From Spirochaetales bacterium (GTDB taxonomy: Bacteria > Spirochaetota > GWE2-31-10), in contig JBNMHA010000002.1 in NCBI GenBank assembly GCA_050872545.1, forward strand, positions 1 through 63,132: a stretch of 63,132 nucleotides of DNA, written 5' to 3'. Both the position numbers and the translations under genes were made by a program. Below, piece by piece: positions 38,789-49,636 of the stretch (position 1 is its first letter; each line of letters opens with the position of its first letter). Under the pieces are notes generated by a model. It did not search any database, was not told the origin of the DNA, and saw only the letters and a program-made list of their open reading frames with translations.

Positions 38789-39854
38789 TGCAGACCTTTA
38801 TTATTTCAACCGCATTTTGATTATTGAAAAAGTTTTTATAGCGTTCATCTGTTAATGTTATAAAAAGCTGATATTTATCACAAACTTTGTTTAGAAAACG
38901 TCTTTGTTTTTCTCCGTCAAGTTCCAATATAACATCATCCAGCAAAAGAATCGGTGTTGTTTTAAACTTTTCTTCATAACATATTGCCTGTACCAACTTC
39001 AAAACAAGAGCCCCCAATCTTATTTGTCCTAAAGAGGCATACTTAGAAAAAACAGTATTATTTAAAACAAAATAATAATTGTCTTTATGCGGACCTAAAA
39101 TGCAGTAACCTTTTTCAAAATCAAATCTATCCTGATATAAAATATAGTCTAAAAGTTCTTTTGCTGAATTAAATTGTCTTTCATACGACGAATTGTATCG
39201 GATAAAAGCACTGTCTTTAAAATTTCCAATGTTCATGAATAATTCAGAAAATAATTTACTGACTTTATCAATAAGCAATTTTCTTTTAGTCATAAGCAAA
39301 AACGCTGCATCTGCAATTTGTATATCAAAATAAGAAAGAATATCACTTCTTCTGCTTTTTATGGCTGCATTTTTTTGTTTCAGTAAAAGACCATACATCC
39401 TCAAAGCTGCAAGATAATCAGAATCAATTATTGATAAAAAAATATCAAAATAAACTCTTCTTTCTGCCGGGGTTCCTGAAATAATCGAAATATCGTCACT
39501 ACCAAAAAAAACAGTCTGCAATTTTCCCAAAATTTGAGAATGCTTAATGATTTTCTTGTCATCAAGCAAAATTTCTTTCTTTCCGGAATATTTGACCATT
39601 ACATTACCATGAATGCCTTTATTTTCATATTCGCAGAACAGATGAAAATTATTTTTTCCATGTAAGATTAAATCACGGTCTGAAGCATTTCTAAATGCTC
39701 TTAAATGGGATAAGTAATAAAGCATCTCAAGAAGATTTGATTTACCCATTCCGTTTTTTGCTACAATTAAGTTTATATTTTTTTGTTCGCTTAAAGATAA
39801 ATCAAGTGTTTTATAATTTCTGAAATTAAATGCTTGCAGCTTGGTTAAAAACAA
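38769..39854 (-). CDS. recF: DNA replication and repair protein RecF
   Basis: 361 aa. Walker A AKNGMGKSNLLE, signature SLGQ, Walker B LLLDDV. Confidence 0.92.
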   Translation of the reverse strand: MFLTKLQAFNFRNYKTLDLSLSEQKNINLIVAKNGMGKSNLLEMLYYLSHLRAFRNASDRDLILHGKNNFHLFCEYENKGIHGNVMVKYSGKKEILLDDKKIIKHSQILGKLQTVFFGSDDISIISGTPAERRVYFDIFLSIIDSDYLAALRMYGLLLKQKNAAIKSRRSDILSYFDIQIADAAFLLMTKRKLLIDKVSKLFSELFMNIGNFKDSAFIRYNSSYERQFNSAKELLDYILYQDRFDFEKGYCILGPHKDNYYFVLNNTVFSKYASLGQIRLGALVLKLVQAICYEEKFKTTPILLLDDVILELDGEKQRRFLNKVCDKYQLFITLTDERYKNFFNNQNAVEIIKVCNGTILQ

Positions 39855-40964
39855 TTAAACACTCATAGGCATCATAATATAAATATAATCAGGGTTGTCT
39901 TCTTCATTTATAACAATTGTGCTTGATGCGTTATTGAATTTTAGAATCATATTGTCATTTTTCATAACACTTATAACATCTGTTATATAACTATAGTTAA
40001 AGGCAATCTTTATAGGTTCGCCTTCATATTGAATATCAATAGTTTCCTCTCCGTCTCCGTAAGTCATATTTTCGCTGTATATTTTCATTTTATCTGCATC
40101 AAGCGAAATAATAACTTTATGTGTATCTTTTTCTCCCATTACGCTGACTCTATCAATTGCATCTTTAAATTCTTTTCTGTTTACTTTGAAACTTTTAGAA
40201 GAATTTGCCGGTATAACAGATTGATAGCTAGGAAAGCCTGAGTCGAGAAGATTTGAAATAAAGAAACAATTGTCCACATTTATAAAAATTTCTTTTTCAT
40301 TTATTCCTATTTTAAGATCACCTTTATCATCACCAGAACAAAGTTTTAAAGATTCTTGCAATATTTTAGGCGGAACAACAACTTTTGAGAACGTATTTTT
40401 TATGTCTGTTTCTTTTTCTATCTTTGCAAGTCTTTTTCCGTCAGTAGTAACCATTCTTAGTTTGTTGTTATCATATTCAAAAAGAGTTCCTATTGCGAAT
40501 TTTCTGTTGTCATTTTGTGAGACAGCAAATTTTGTTTTGTTCACCATGTCTGAAAATATTTCTTTTGTTATGCTGAAATAGTTAATATTTGAAGTATCCA
40601 GTATTTCCGGAAATTTATCGGGAGATATGCCTTTCAAATTGTAACGCAGTGTGTTTTTGCCTTTTGCTTTTATTTGAATGTTAAGCTCTGAGTCACTTTG
40701 CATTTCGATTTCTTCCGAAGGTAATTTTCTTGCAATAGAGTACAATTTGTTTGAGTTTACGCAGATTTCGCCTTCTTCTTCTATATCGGCACCTATTTCA
40801 CCGTAAAAGCTTATCAATGTGTCACATGCCTTAATGGTTAATTGATTGTCTTTTGCTTTTATATGTATGTTTGATAATATTGTTATGCTGTTTTTAGATG
40901 ATATTACGCTTTCACATATACCGAGTATTTTGTTTAAACTTTCAATTGAACAGAAAAATTTCAT
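39855..40964 (-). CDS. dnaN: DNA polymerase III beta sliding clamp
   Basis: 369 aa. Three-domain clamp, located between dnaA and recF. Confidence 0.93.
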   Translation of the reverse strand: MKFFCSIESLNKILGICESVISSKNSITILSNIHIKAKDNQLTIKACDTLISFYGEIGADIEEEGEICVNSNKLYSIARKLPSEEIEMQSDSELNIQIKAKGKNTLRYNLKGISPDKFPEILDTSNINYFSITKEIFSDMVNKTKFAVSQNDNRKFAIGTLFEYDNNKLRMVTTDGKRLAKIEKETDIKNTFSKVVVPPKILQESLKLCSGDDKGDLKIGINEKEIFINVDNCFFISNLLDSGFPSYQSVIPANSSKSFKVNRKEFKDAIDRVSVMGEKDTHKVIISLDADKMKIYSENMTYGDGEETIDIQYEGEPIKIAFNYSYITDVISVMKNDNMILKFNNASSTIVINEEDNPDYIYIMMPMSV

Positions 40965-41050
40965 TGCTACCTCTTTGCTAGTTATTAACTTTCTCTATTA
41001 TTTCTAAATTTATTTAAATTCAGTAGAAGTAATAGTAGTGTCTGTCAATA

Positions 41051-41143
41051 TGTTTATAACACGTATAAATAGTTTTATATAGCTAATTTACCGTTATCAA
41101 AAACTTGTTTATAACATTTTCGGGTTATAAACATTATTAACAA
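41051..41143. promoter_or_regulatory. DnaA-box cluster in the dnaA-dnaN spacer (putative oriC part)
   Basis: TGTTTATAA at 41051 and 41106, TTATAAACA at 41125, TTATTAACA at 41135, in an AT-rich spacer. Confidence 0.6.
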
Positions 41144-41218
41144 GAAAAGTCTTTTTAACATTTTATTCATTGTTGTTGAACAAGTTATATATAATATTTT
41201 TTCAGAAAATTTCAGTAT

Positions 41219-42643
41219 TTATATACCTTCTTTTATTCTGTTCTCTATATTAATTATTTCTGATTTTAGTTTTTTATCTTCTTCCATGCTTTTTTTTATT
41301 TTTGTGGCAGCATGTATTATTGTTGCATGTTCTTTGTTGAAATATTTTCCTATTTGAGTTGTGGAAAGTCTTGTATACTGAGTGCTTAGGTACATTGCGA
41401 TTTGACGTGCAATTGCGATTGATTGGGTTCGTTTTTTTCCACGTATATCAAGTACGGTTAAATCATAATAAACTGCGACTATTTCCATTATTTTATCTAT
41501 TGATATATTTCCGACTGATTTTACTGCGGTTATTTTATCTTTTAAACACTTGTTTATTACGTCACTTGTGATTTCTTTTATGTCCATTATACTTGTGTAT
41601 GCAAGTAAATCTCTGAATGCGCCTTTTATTTCCCTTATATTTCCTGAAATATTTGTGCAAATATACTCAATGTTTTTTATGTTAATTTCCATATCATTCT
41701 GCAGCGCAAGTTCTTTTAATATCGCCATTTTCAGTTCGTAGTCCGGCTGTTTCAGTTCTACAGTTGTACCCATGCTGAAACGGCTTTTTATTCGCTTTTC
41801 CACATCTTTTACTTTCGATATAGGCTGGTCGCATGTTATGACCATTTGGGTTTTATGGTCGTAAAGTTCATTAAAAGTATTAAAAAGTTCATTAAGACAG
41901 GCTGTTTTTCCTGATAATGCCTGAAAATCATCAAGAAGCAGAATATCTAAATTTCTATATTTTTCTCGGAAAATTTTAGGCTTGTCTTGTTCCGAATCTT
42001 TATTTCTTATTGAATCGAGAAATTCATTAAGAAAGTTTTCTGATGTTACATATATAATTTTCTTTTCATTAAACAATTTTTCAGCACGTTGTTTTATTGC
42101 TTTTATAAGATGAGTTTTTCCTGTTCCGCTTTCACCCCACAGAAAAAGCGGGTTTCTTTTAGGATTTCCCGGTTCTTCTGCTATCGTTTGCGCAAGTCTA
42201 AAAGCATACTCGTTTGTATCATCGGTAAGGAATGAATCGAAAGTGCATTCATCTTCACTGTCGGAAAATGTTTTGTCCGATGGCTCTTTATTTTCTATTA
42301 TAAGAACAGTCTTTTGCGGCTTAGGTTCTTCTTTTTTCGATTGTTTTTCTTCAGTTATACTTTCTGTTTTTATTTTTACTTTTTCTGGTTTTGCGGTTTG
42401 AAAACTGGAGTTAATGACAATATCTACAGTGATTTTTTGGTTCCAACACTGAAGCAGTATTACTTCGATTGTGTTTTTATAATTTGAAAATATAAAATCT
42501 TTTAAAAATTCATTGGGAGTAACAAGTATTAATTTTCTATTTTCTTCCTGAAAAGAAGAATATTGCAGCTGTGTTAAAAACATGTCCGGAATTTCTTGTT
42601 TTAATAAGTTTTGAATTCCGGTCCAGAAAATAGAATAATCCAT
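41219..42643 (-). CDS. dnaA: Chromosomal replication initiator DnaA
   Basis: 474 aa. Walker A GESGTGKTHL, box VII, and a C-terminal DNA-binding domain (HATIIHA). Confidence 0.96.
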   Translation of the reverse strand: MDYSIFWTGIQNLLKQEIPDMFLTQLQYSSFQEENRKLILVTPNEFLKDFIFSNYKNTIEVILLQCWNQKITVDIVINSSFQTAKPEKVKIKTESITEEKQSKKEEPKPQKTVLIIENKEPSDKTFSDSEDECTFDSFLTDDTNEYAFRLAQTIAEEPGNPKRNPLFLWGESGTGKTHLIKAIKQRAEKLFNEKKIIYVTSENFLNEFLDSIRNKDSEQDKPKIFREKYRNLDILLLDDFQALSGKTACLNELFNTFNELYDHKTQMVITCDQPISKVKDVEKRIKSRFSMGTTVELKQPDYELKMAILKELALQNDMEINIKNIEYICTNISGNIREIKGAFRDLLAYTSIMDIKEITSDVINKCLKDKITAVKSVGNISIDKIMEIVAVYYDLTVLDIRGKKRTQSIAIARQIAMYLSTQYTRLSTTQIGKYFNKEHATIIHAATKIKKSMEEDKKLKSEIINIENRIKEGI

Positions 42644-42753
42644 GTTACTTGTCCTATAAAAAAATCTTATGAAATAAATAATTTTGAATTCAATTTTTTA
42701 AATCATGTTGTCGAAATTTGAATTCCTTTTTTACTATCGGGAATTTTGACAAC

Positions 42754-42936
42754 TTATTAACAAGAATTCAGAAAAAAATCTTCCTCCGTTTTATTAACAA
42801 TTATATTTCACTTGTACCTGTTAATATTTATAATCTGCCTATATAAAATAAGTTATAAAGATATATGACATAATTTTATAATGTGTTATTAACAGAAATA
42901 TACTGAAATTCTTAGCGATTTAACAACTTATTAACA
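42754..42936 (+). promoter_or_regulatory. DnaA-box cluster upstream of dnaA (putative oriC part / dnaA autoregulation)
   Basis: Four perfect TTATTAACA boxes in the same orientation at 42754, 42791, 42887 and 42928, plus an inverted variant tgttaatat near 42818. Confidence 0.65.
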
Positions 42937-42952
42937 AGTTTGGGAGATTTTA

Positions 42953-43729
42953 TTGTTCTTTAAAAATGATTGCTTGCTGCCTTTTTGGGCAGATAAATTT
43001 AGTGATTATATCTTTTGCGGATTTACTTCTGCACAAATGGGTAATATGGCTTTGACCAGAGACAGCCTTAATGGAAAATCAACATCCTTTAATAAGGAAG
43101 AAATACTGAAAAAGTTTAAAGTTGATGATTTTTCGATATTTTCTCCGCTTCAAACTCATTCTTCTGACTTTATAGAAGTTTTGCCTGATATTGCAAACTG
43201 CGGTAGATACGGAAAAGAAAATACTCCGGAAGCTGATGCGGCTGTTACTGAATATACTGGAATCATGCTGCTTACTACTTGGGCAGATTGCATTCCGGTA
43301 ATACTTTATTCACCGGAAAATAATATTGTTGCGGCAGTTCATTCCGGTTGGAAAGGAACTTATAAACAAGTTATCAACAATGTTCTGTCTTTTTTCCACA
43401 AGAAAGGAACAAATTTTGAACAGGTATATGCAGCAGTCGGACCCGGTATAAAAAAATGCTGTTACCAAGTAAGCGATGATTTTCTTAATTATTTTCCTGA
43501 TTCAAATAATGATTTTTTTGAACAAAGAGAAGGAAAACTATTTTTTGACCTTTCGTATTACGTTTACTCACAGTTAATAAAATGCGGCGTAACGAAAGAA
43601 AATATCGATTTTTCACCATATTGCACATGTTGCAATGATAATCCGAGATTTTCATCGTATCGCAGAGAAGGAAATTTGTTTCAAGGTCAGGCTGCATTTA
43701 TAGGAATGAAAAAGAAATATGGAAAATAA
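42953..43729 (+). CDS. pgeF: PgeF/YfiH (DUF152) peptidoglycan editing factor / laccase-domain protein
   Basis: 258 aa with a TTG start after a GGGAG RBS. VHSGWKGT, CCYQV and FSSYRREG motifs. Confidence 0.82.
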   Translation: MFFKNDCLLPFWADKFSDYIFCGFTSAQMGNMALTRDSLNGKSTSFNKEEILKKFKVDDFSIFSPLQTHSSDFIEVLPDIANCGRYGKENTPEADAAVTEYTGIMLLTTWADCIPVILYSPENNIVAAVHSGWKGTYKQVINNVLSFFHKKGTNFEQVYAAVGPGIKKCCYQVSDDFLNYFPDSNNDFFEQREGKLFFDLSYYVYSQLIKCGVTKENIDFSPYCTCCNDNPRFSSYRREGNLFQGQAAFIGMKKKYGK

Positions 43730-44390
43730 TATTTGCTATGAATTAATTGATGATAATAAAGATTTTATTGTTGTGAATAAGTTTCCGGATGTTAGTTTTC
43801 ATTCGGAAAATGATGAAATAGGCTTATTTCAAAGATTGAAAAATGATTTTAAATATCGACTATATGCGGTTCATCGGCTTGATAAAATAACATCGGGAAT
43901 TGTTGTCGCTGCAAAGAGTTCTGAAGTGGCTTCAGCATTGGCAGAGTTGTTTTCATCAAGAAAGGTATGTAAATATTACATTGCGCTGTCGGATAAAAAG
44001 CCTAAAAAGAAAAAAGGCTTGATTTCAGGTGATATGATTAAATCCAGAAACGGACAATGGAAACTTACCAGAACATATAATAATCCGGCAGTGACACGTT
44101 TTTCTTCCTTAAAATATAGCGGTAAATATTTATTTGTACTGAAACCGGAAACAGGAAAAACTCACCAGATAAGAGTTGCCATGAAATCTCTTTCTTCACC
44201 TGTATTGGGCGATGTTTTATATCACGGCACGCCTGCTGACAGAGGTTATTTACATTCATTCAAATTGGCTTTTTCATACAAAGGTGAAAAATTTGAATAC
44301 GAAAAGTATCCGGACATAGGTATATTTTTTAATGATGAACATATATGTGAAAAAATATCAGAAGCAGTATCTTCATTTGAAGTTATTTAA
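43719..44390 (+). CDS. RluA-family pseudouridine synthase
   Basis: 223 aa. HRLDKITSGIVV catalytic Asp motif. Confidence 0.82.
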   Translation: MENNICYELIDDNKDFIVVNKFPDVSFHSENDEIGLFQRLKNDFKYRLYAVHRLDKITSGIVVAAKSSEVASALAELFSSRKVCKYYIALSDKKPKKKKGLISGDMIKSRNGQWKLTRTYNNPAVTRFSSLKYSGKYLFVLKPETGKTHQIRVAMKSLSSPVLGDVLYHGTPADRGYLHSFKLAFSYKGEKFEYEKYPDIGIFFNDEHICEKISEAVSSFEVI

Positions 44391-44467
44391 AAAAAATAGA
44401 AAGATATTGATTTTTGAAAATTTTCTCGTATAGTGTTGAACAATATTTTTAAAAAAGGGGTTGGTTG

Positions 44468-45076
44468 ATGGAATCTAAATTGCAAGAACTGACACAAAAG
44501 ATTTACCAAGATGGAATCGAAAAAGCTAATGGCGAAGCAAAAGCATTACTTGATAATGCAAAAAAAGAAGCTGAGCAAATTTTAGCAGATGCAAAGAAAG
44601 AAGCCGAAACTTTAAAGGCTAATGCAAAAAAAGAAACAGAATTACTGGCACAAAAGACAAATGCTGAAATAAAAGTTGCCGGCGAACAAGCTATGTCTTT
44701 ATTGAAGCAAGAAATGACAGCAATTCTTGCAAAAAACACTATATCTGCAAATGTTTCTGAAGTTGTAAATAGTAAAGAATTGATTGCAGATGTTGTTAAA
44801 ATTGTTGCTACTAAAATGGGTTCAGAAGAAATGGACTTAAACGTGATTTTACCGGAAAAATCACAGAAAGATTTTGAAGCGTTTTTCAAAAAAGAAATGG
44901 CTTCCTTTTTAAACAAAGGTATGGAATTAAAATTTGAAGACAGAATGTCCGGCGGATTTAAAATTGCACCAAAAGACGGTTCATACGTTTTATCTTTTAC
45001 TGAAGATGATTTTGTGAACTTTTTCCAGTCATTTTTAAGACCAAAAGCTAAGAAAATTCTCTTCCCGGGAGCATAA
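44468..45076 (+). CDS. atpE: V-type ATPase subunit E
   Basis: About 202 aa. Lys/Ala/Glu-rich N-terminal helix, and first gene of the V-ATPase operon. ATG at 44468 lies 6 nt after AAGGGG. Confidence 0.85.
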   Translation: MESKLQELTQKIYQDGIEKANGEAKALLDNAKKEAEQILADAKKEAETLKANAKKETELLAQKTNAEIKVAGEQAMSLLKQEMTAILAKNTISANVSEVVNSKELIADVVKIVATKMGSEEMDLNVILPEKSQKDFEAFFKKEMASFLNKGMELKFEDRMSGGFKIAPKDGSYVLSFTEDDFVNFFQSFLRPKAKKILFPGA

Positions 45077-45078
45077 CA

Positions 45079-45906
45079 GTGAAAGAATATTTTTATCTGA
45101 TATCAAGTCTTCATGATTTGGAACTTGATTCACAGAAAAAACTTCCTTCATTGACCGATTTTCTTGATTTTTGCGAAAGCCAGTTGTCGGAAAAAGAGTT
45201 TCTGGAATTAAAAAAGGTTTTTATATTCAACGACATTCTTAATGTTGTAAAAAGCAATTCCGGAGATTCATCCCCTTATATTTATCCAGCTTTTTATACG
45301 CGAGAGACTTTTTTAGAAAATCTTAAAGATACTGATGATTTTTTTCCTTTCCTCTCAACTTATTTTAGTAATAAAAAAGCAGGAAAAAGAGATTATCCTG
45401 AACTGCAGGAAACCGATGAACTGTTTGCTCTTTTCTATGAAAATCTTGAAACATTGAGCAAAAATCGTTTTATAACTGATTATTTTCGTTTTGAACTAGA
45501 TTTGCGAAATACATTGACTTTTTTGAATATGAAAAAGAGCAATATGGATTTCAAAGATTATCTTGTTCCTTTCGGTGATTCTTATGAACGATTATCAAAA
45601 ACAATGAATGTAGAAAATTCAATGCCTGACATTGAAGTTATTGTGGATTCGGTAAATGAAGGCGACATTATCGCAACAGAACTGATGGTAGATAAAGTAC
45701 GTTGGAAGTGGTTGGATAATGAAGTAGGAAATGATTATTTCTCATTTAAATTTATTATTGCGTATGCGATAAAACTTTCATCAGTAGAAAGATGGCACAG
45801 ATTAACAGATGTTTCTGGGAAAAATATGCTTGATAAACTGATAGATAAAATCAAATCAGGGATTGTTTTCTCTGATGAACTTTTTAAATCCGGAGGTAAA
45901 AAATAA
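45079..45906 (+). CDS. DUF2764-type V-ATPase accessory (C-subunit position) protein
   Basis: 275 aa with a GTG start. Position between E and A, as in Bacteroidetes/spirochaete-type operons. Confidence 0.65.
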   Translation: MKEYFYLISSLHDLELDSQKKLPSLTDFLDFCESQLSEKEFLELKKVFIFNDILNVVKSNSGDSSPYIYPAFYTRETFLENLKDTDDFFPFLSTYFSNKKAGKRDYPELQETDELFALFYENLETLSKNRFITDYFRFELDLRNTLTFLNMKKSNMDFKDYLVPFGDSYERLSKTMNVENSMPDIEVIVDSVNEGDIIATELMVDKVRWKWLDNEVGNDYFSFKFIIAYAIKLSSVERWHRLTDVSGKNMLDKLIDKIKSGIVFSDELFKSGGKK

Positions 45907-47660
45907 TGACGAAGGGTAAAGTAACGGGAGTTGTTGGTAACTTGGTTACTGTTGAAGTAAACGGACCGGTGGGACAAAACGAGATTTGTTATATCCTGCT
46001 AGGTGCAACAAAATTAATGGCTGAAGTTATTAAAATTATTGGAAATATAGCTTATGCACAGGTATATGAAAGTACCAGAGGTTTGAAAGTAGGAACAGAT
46101 GTTGAGTTTGCAGGACACATGCTTGAAGTTGAACTTGGACCGGGTCTGCTTTCTAAAAACTTTGACGGTCTTGAAAGTGATTTGGATAAAAAAGACGGTG
46201 TATTTTTAAAAAGAGGTGAATATACCGAACCTTTGGATAAAGATAAAAAATTTACTTTCTCGCCTATTGCAAAAGTTGGTGATACAGTAAGAGCTTCAGA
46301 TTGGCTTGGAAGTGTAAAAGAAGGTTGGGTTGACCATAAAATTATGGTTCCTTTTAAATTGGAAGGAAAATACACTATTAAATCTTTGGCTGCTGCCGGA
46401 GAATACGGTATTTACGATACAATTGCAGTACTTGCCGATGAGAAAGGTAACGAAGAAAAAGTTACAATGACTCAAAAATGGCCGGTTAAGAGAGCAATAA
46501 AAAATTATAAAGAAAAACCTCGTCCTTCAAAAATTATGGAAACAGGTGTGCGTGTTATTGATATTTTCAATCCAATGGCTGAAGGTGGTACAGGATTTAT
46601 TCCGGGACCTTTCGGCTGCGGTAAGACAGTACTGCAACATGCAATTTCAAAAAATGCTGAAGCTGATATAATTATTTTCGCTGCCTGTGGTGAACGTGCG
46701 AACGAAGTAGTAGAAATTTTTACTGAGTTCCCGGAACTTGTAGACCCTAGAACCGGAAGAAAATTAATGGAAAGAACATTAATTATTTGTAATACATCAA
46801 ACATGCCGGTTGCAGCGCGTGAAGCTTCTGTTTATACAGCTATGACAATTGGTGAATATTACCGCCAAATGGGATTGAAAGTTCTTTTGCTTGCCGATTC
46901 AACATCTCGTTGGGCGCAGGCTCTGCGTGAGATGTCTAACCGTTTGGAAGAGCTTCCGGGTCAGGATGCGTTCCCAATGGATTTAACTGCTATTATTTCA
47001 TCTTTCTATTCTCGTGCAGGAATGGTTTATTTAAACAATGGAAATACCGGTTCTGTAACATTTATCGGTACTGTATCTCCAGCCGGTGGTAACTTGAAAG
47101 AACCTGTTACAGAATCTACAAAGAAAGCTGCCCGATGTTTCTATGCTCTGCAGCAGGCAAGAGCCGATTCTAAACGTTATCCGGCTGTTGACCCTATTGA
47201 TTCATATTCAAAATACTTGGAATATCCTGAAATGCAAGAATATTTCAAAAACAATGTTTCTGATAAATGGGTTGATTTAGTTTTAGATGCAAAAAACTGG
47301 GTTTTAAGAGGAAAAGAAACAAAAGACCAGATTGATATTTTAGGTGATGACGGTGTTCCTGTTGATTACCATATTGTGTTCTGGAAAGCTGAATTAATAG
47401 ACTTTATTTTAATGCAGCAAGATGCTTTTGATGCTATTGATTCTATCACTCCGTTGAAACGTCAAAAATATATGCTTGAATTGGTTATGGAAGTATGCGG
47501 TACAGATTTCAAATTTGAAGCTTTTGAAGAAGTTTCACCTTATTTCAAAGAGTTAATAAATACTTTCAAACAGATGAACTATTCCGAATTCCCTTCTGAT
47601 AACTTTAACAAGTATGAAAAACAGATCAGAGAATTTGTAGATAGTAGGAGGGCTAAATAA
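45906..47660 (+). CDS. atpA: V-type ATPase catalytic subunit A
   Basis: 584 aa. Walker A GPFGCGKT and a non-homologous insert region. Confidence 0.95.
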   Translation: MTKGKVTGVVGNLVTVEVNGPVGQNEICYILLGATKLMAEVIKIIGNIAYAQVYESTRGLKVGTDVEFAGHMLEVELGPGLLSKNFDGLESDLDKKDGVFLKRGEYTEPLDKDKKFTFSPIAKVGDTVRASDWLGSVKEGWVDHKIMVPFKLEGKYTIKSLAAAGEYGIYDTIAVLADEKGNEEKVTMTQKWPVKRAIKNYKEKPRPSKIMETGVRVIDIFNPMAEGGTGFIPGPFGCGKTVLQHAISKNAEADIIIFAACGERANEVVEIFTEFPELVDPRTGRKLMERTLIICNTSNMPVAAREASVYTAMTIGEYYRQMGLKVLLLADSTSRWAQALREMSNRLEELPGQDAFPMDLTAIISSFYSRAGMVYLNNGNTGSVTFIGTVSPAGGNLKEPVTESTKKAARCFYALQQARADSKRYPAVDPIDSYSKYLEYPEMQEYFKNNVSDKWVDLVLDAKNWVLRGKETKDQIDILGDDGVPVDYHIVFWKAELIDFILMQQDAFDAIDSITPLKRQKYMLELVMEVCGTDFKFEAFEEVSPYFKELINTFKQMNYSEFPSDNFNKYEKQIREFVDSRRAK

Positions 47661-48982
47661 TGCAAGGAAAAGCATTTCAGAAAATTTATACAAAAATCAA
47701 TAAGATTACTAAAGCGACTTGTACATTGACAGCTGAAGGAATCGGAAATGATGAATTAGCATTTGTTGACGGAAAGCCGGCTCAGGTAGTAAAGCTTGAA
47801 GGAAATGAAGTTACTTTGCAGGTCTTTCAGGGAACTGAAGGTATTGCTACAAATGCAGAAGTTGTATTTACAGGAAAACCGCCTGTATTAAAAGTATCAG
47901 AAGAACTTTCCGGAAGATTCTTCAATGCTTACGGAGATCCTATTGACGGCGGTCCGGCAATAGAAGGTGAAGAACGTGAAATCGGTGGTCCGTCTGTAAA
48001 TCCAGTACGAAGAAAACAGCCGTCAGAGCTGATTAAAACAGGTATTGCCGGTATTGATATGAACAATACACTTGTAACTGGTCAGAAAATACCGTTTTTT
48101 GCCGATTCAGATCAGCCTTACAACCAAGTTATGGCTAATGTAGCACTGCGCGCAGAAGCTGATAAAATTATTCTTGGCGGTATGGGACTTTCAAATGATG
48201 ACTACTTATATTTTAAGCAGTTGTTTGATAATGCCGGCGCGCTGGATAAAATCATTTCATTTATTAATACAACTGATGACCCATCTGTAGAACGATTGCT
48301 TGTTCCTGATATGGCATTGACTGCGGCAGAATATTTTGCGGTAGATAAAAATGAAAAAGTTCTTGTATTGCTTACTGATATGACATTGTATGCGGACGCA
48401 TTGGCAATTGTATCCAACAAAATGGATCAGATTCCGTCTAAGGATTCAATGCCGGGTTCTTTGTATTCCGATTTGGCAAAAATTTATGAAAAAGCAGTAC
48501 AATTCCCTGCCGGCGGTTCTATAACAATTATTGCCGTAACTACACTTAACGGCGGTGATATTACTCATGCGATACCAGATAATACCGGTTATATTACAGA
48601 AGGTCAGTTGTTCTTGAGAAAAGATACAGATGTTAATAAAGTAATTATTGACCCATTCAGATCTCTTTCTCGATTGAAACAGCTTGTAATCGGTAAAAAG
48701 ACAAGGGAAGATCATCCGCAAGTTATGAATACAGCAGTACGTTTGTACAACGATGCATCTAATGCAAAAACAAAACGTGATAACGGATTTGATTTAAGTG
48801 ATTATGATGAACGTTGTATCAAATTTGCATCTGAATATTCTGTTAAACTTCTTGCGATTGACGTAAATATCGGCGTTGATGAAATGCTTGATACTACTTG
48901 GGATTTATTCGGAAAATATTTTAAACCAACGGAAGTAAGTATTAAACAGAACTTGATGGATAAATATTGGAAAGGCAAATAG
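47660..48982 (+). CDS. atpB: V-type ATPase subunit B
   Basis: 440 aa. Typical B-subunit sequence lacking a canonical P-loop. Confidence 0.95.
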   Translation: MQGKAFQKIYTKINKITKATCTLTAEGIGNDELAFVDGKPAQVVKLEGNEVTLQVFQGTEGIATNAEVVFTGKPPVLKVSEELSGRFFNAYGDPIDGGPAIEGEEREIGGPSVNPVRRKQPSELIKTGIAGIDMNNTLVTGQKIPFFADSDQPYNQVMANVALRAEADKIILGGMGLSNDDYLYFKQLFDNAGALDKIISFINTTDDPSVERLLVPDMALTAAEYFAVDKNEKVLVLLTDMTLYADALAIVSNKMDQIPSKDSMPGSLYSDLAKIYEKAVQFPAGGSITIIAVTTLNGGDITHAIPDNTGYITEGQLFLRKDTDVNKVIIDPFRSLSRLKQLVIGKKTREDHPQVMNTAVRLYNDASNAKTKRDNGFDLSDYDERCIKFASEYSVKLLAIDVNIGVDEMLDTTWDLFGKYFKPTEVSIKQNLMDKYWKGK

Positions 48983-49029
48983 TTTTCAAAAGTATGCTGA
49001 AAATATTCGGCATATAAGGAGATCTTTTA

Positions 49030-49632
49030 ATGGCGATAAAATACCAGTTTAATAAGATTTCAATGCAGAGTTTGAACAAGCAATTGAAGATAAGACAAAA
49101 TGCCTTGCCTACAATTAAGAGTAAAGAGTCTGCATTGAGGCTTACAGTAAAAAAACAGAAGGAAATACTTCGTGACTTGAGTGAATCTTATCAGGAAAAA
49201 ATGGACAGTCTGATGGGATTGATGAGATTATGGAGTGAATTTCCCGAAGAGATTTTCAGCCTGAAAGAAGTAATTCTGAATATTGTGAAAATTGCGGGTG
49301 TAAAAACTCCGGATTTAAAGCAAATTGATTATGAAGTTGCTAATTTTTCTCGCTTTGCAAGCCCAGTTTGGCTAAATGGTGGAATTGTAATCTTGAAACA
49401 GATTACTGAAATTATTTGCCGTATGGAAATTGCAGAAAAGAAACTTGAAATTTTGGAATATGCCAGAAAGAAAACTACTCAGAAAGTTAATCTTTATGAA
49501 AAAGTGCAGATTCCTGAATTTTCAGAAGCAATTCGTAAGATAAAGAGATACTTGGAAGATGTTGATAATCTTGAAAAAGCCGGCCAGAAAATTACAAAAC
49601 AAAGGCAGGTTACTATGGTAAAGGAGGGATAA
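49030..49632 (+). CDS. atpD: V-type ATPase subunit D
   Basis: 200 aa. Coiled-coil central-stalk protein in the correct operon position. Confidence 0.88.
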   Translation: MAIKYQFNKISMQSLNKQLKIRQNALPTIKSKESALRLTVKKQKEILRDLSESYQEKMDSLMGLMRLWSEFPEEIFSLKEVILNIVKIAGVKTPDLKQIDYEVANFSRFASPVWLNGGIVILKQITEIICRMEIAEKKLEILEYARKKTTQKVNLYEKVQIPEFSEAIRKIKRYLEDVDNLEKAGQKITKQRQVTMVKEG

Positions 49633-49636
49633 AAGC

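Noticed and set aside
44503-44916. 137-aa ORF antisense to V-ATPase subunit E, and similar antisense ORFs inside argJ, carB, atpA/atpI, uvrB, polA, dnaA, dnaN and other genes
   Set aside because: These are fully embedded opposite well-supported genes. Their translations are compositionally biased and they have no RBS. They are typical shadow ORFs of Lys/Ala/Glu-rich or AT-rich coding regions.
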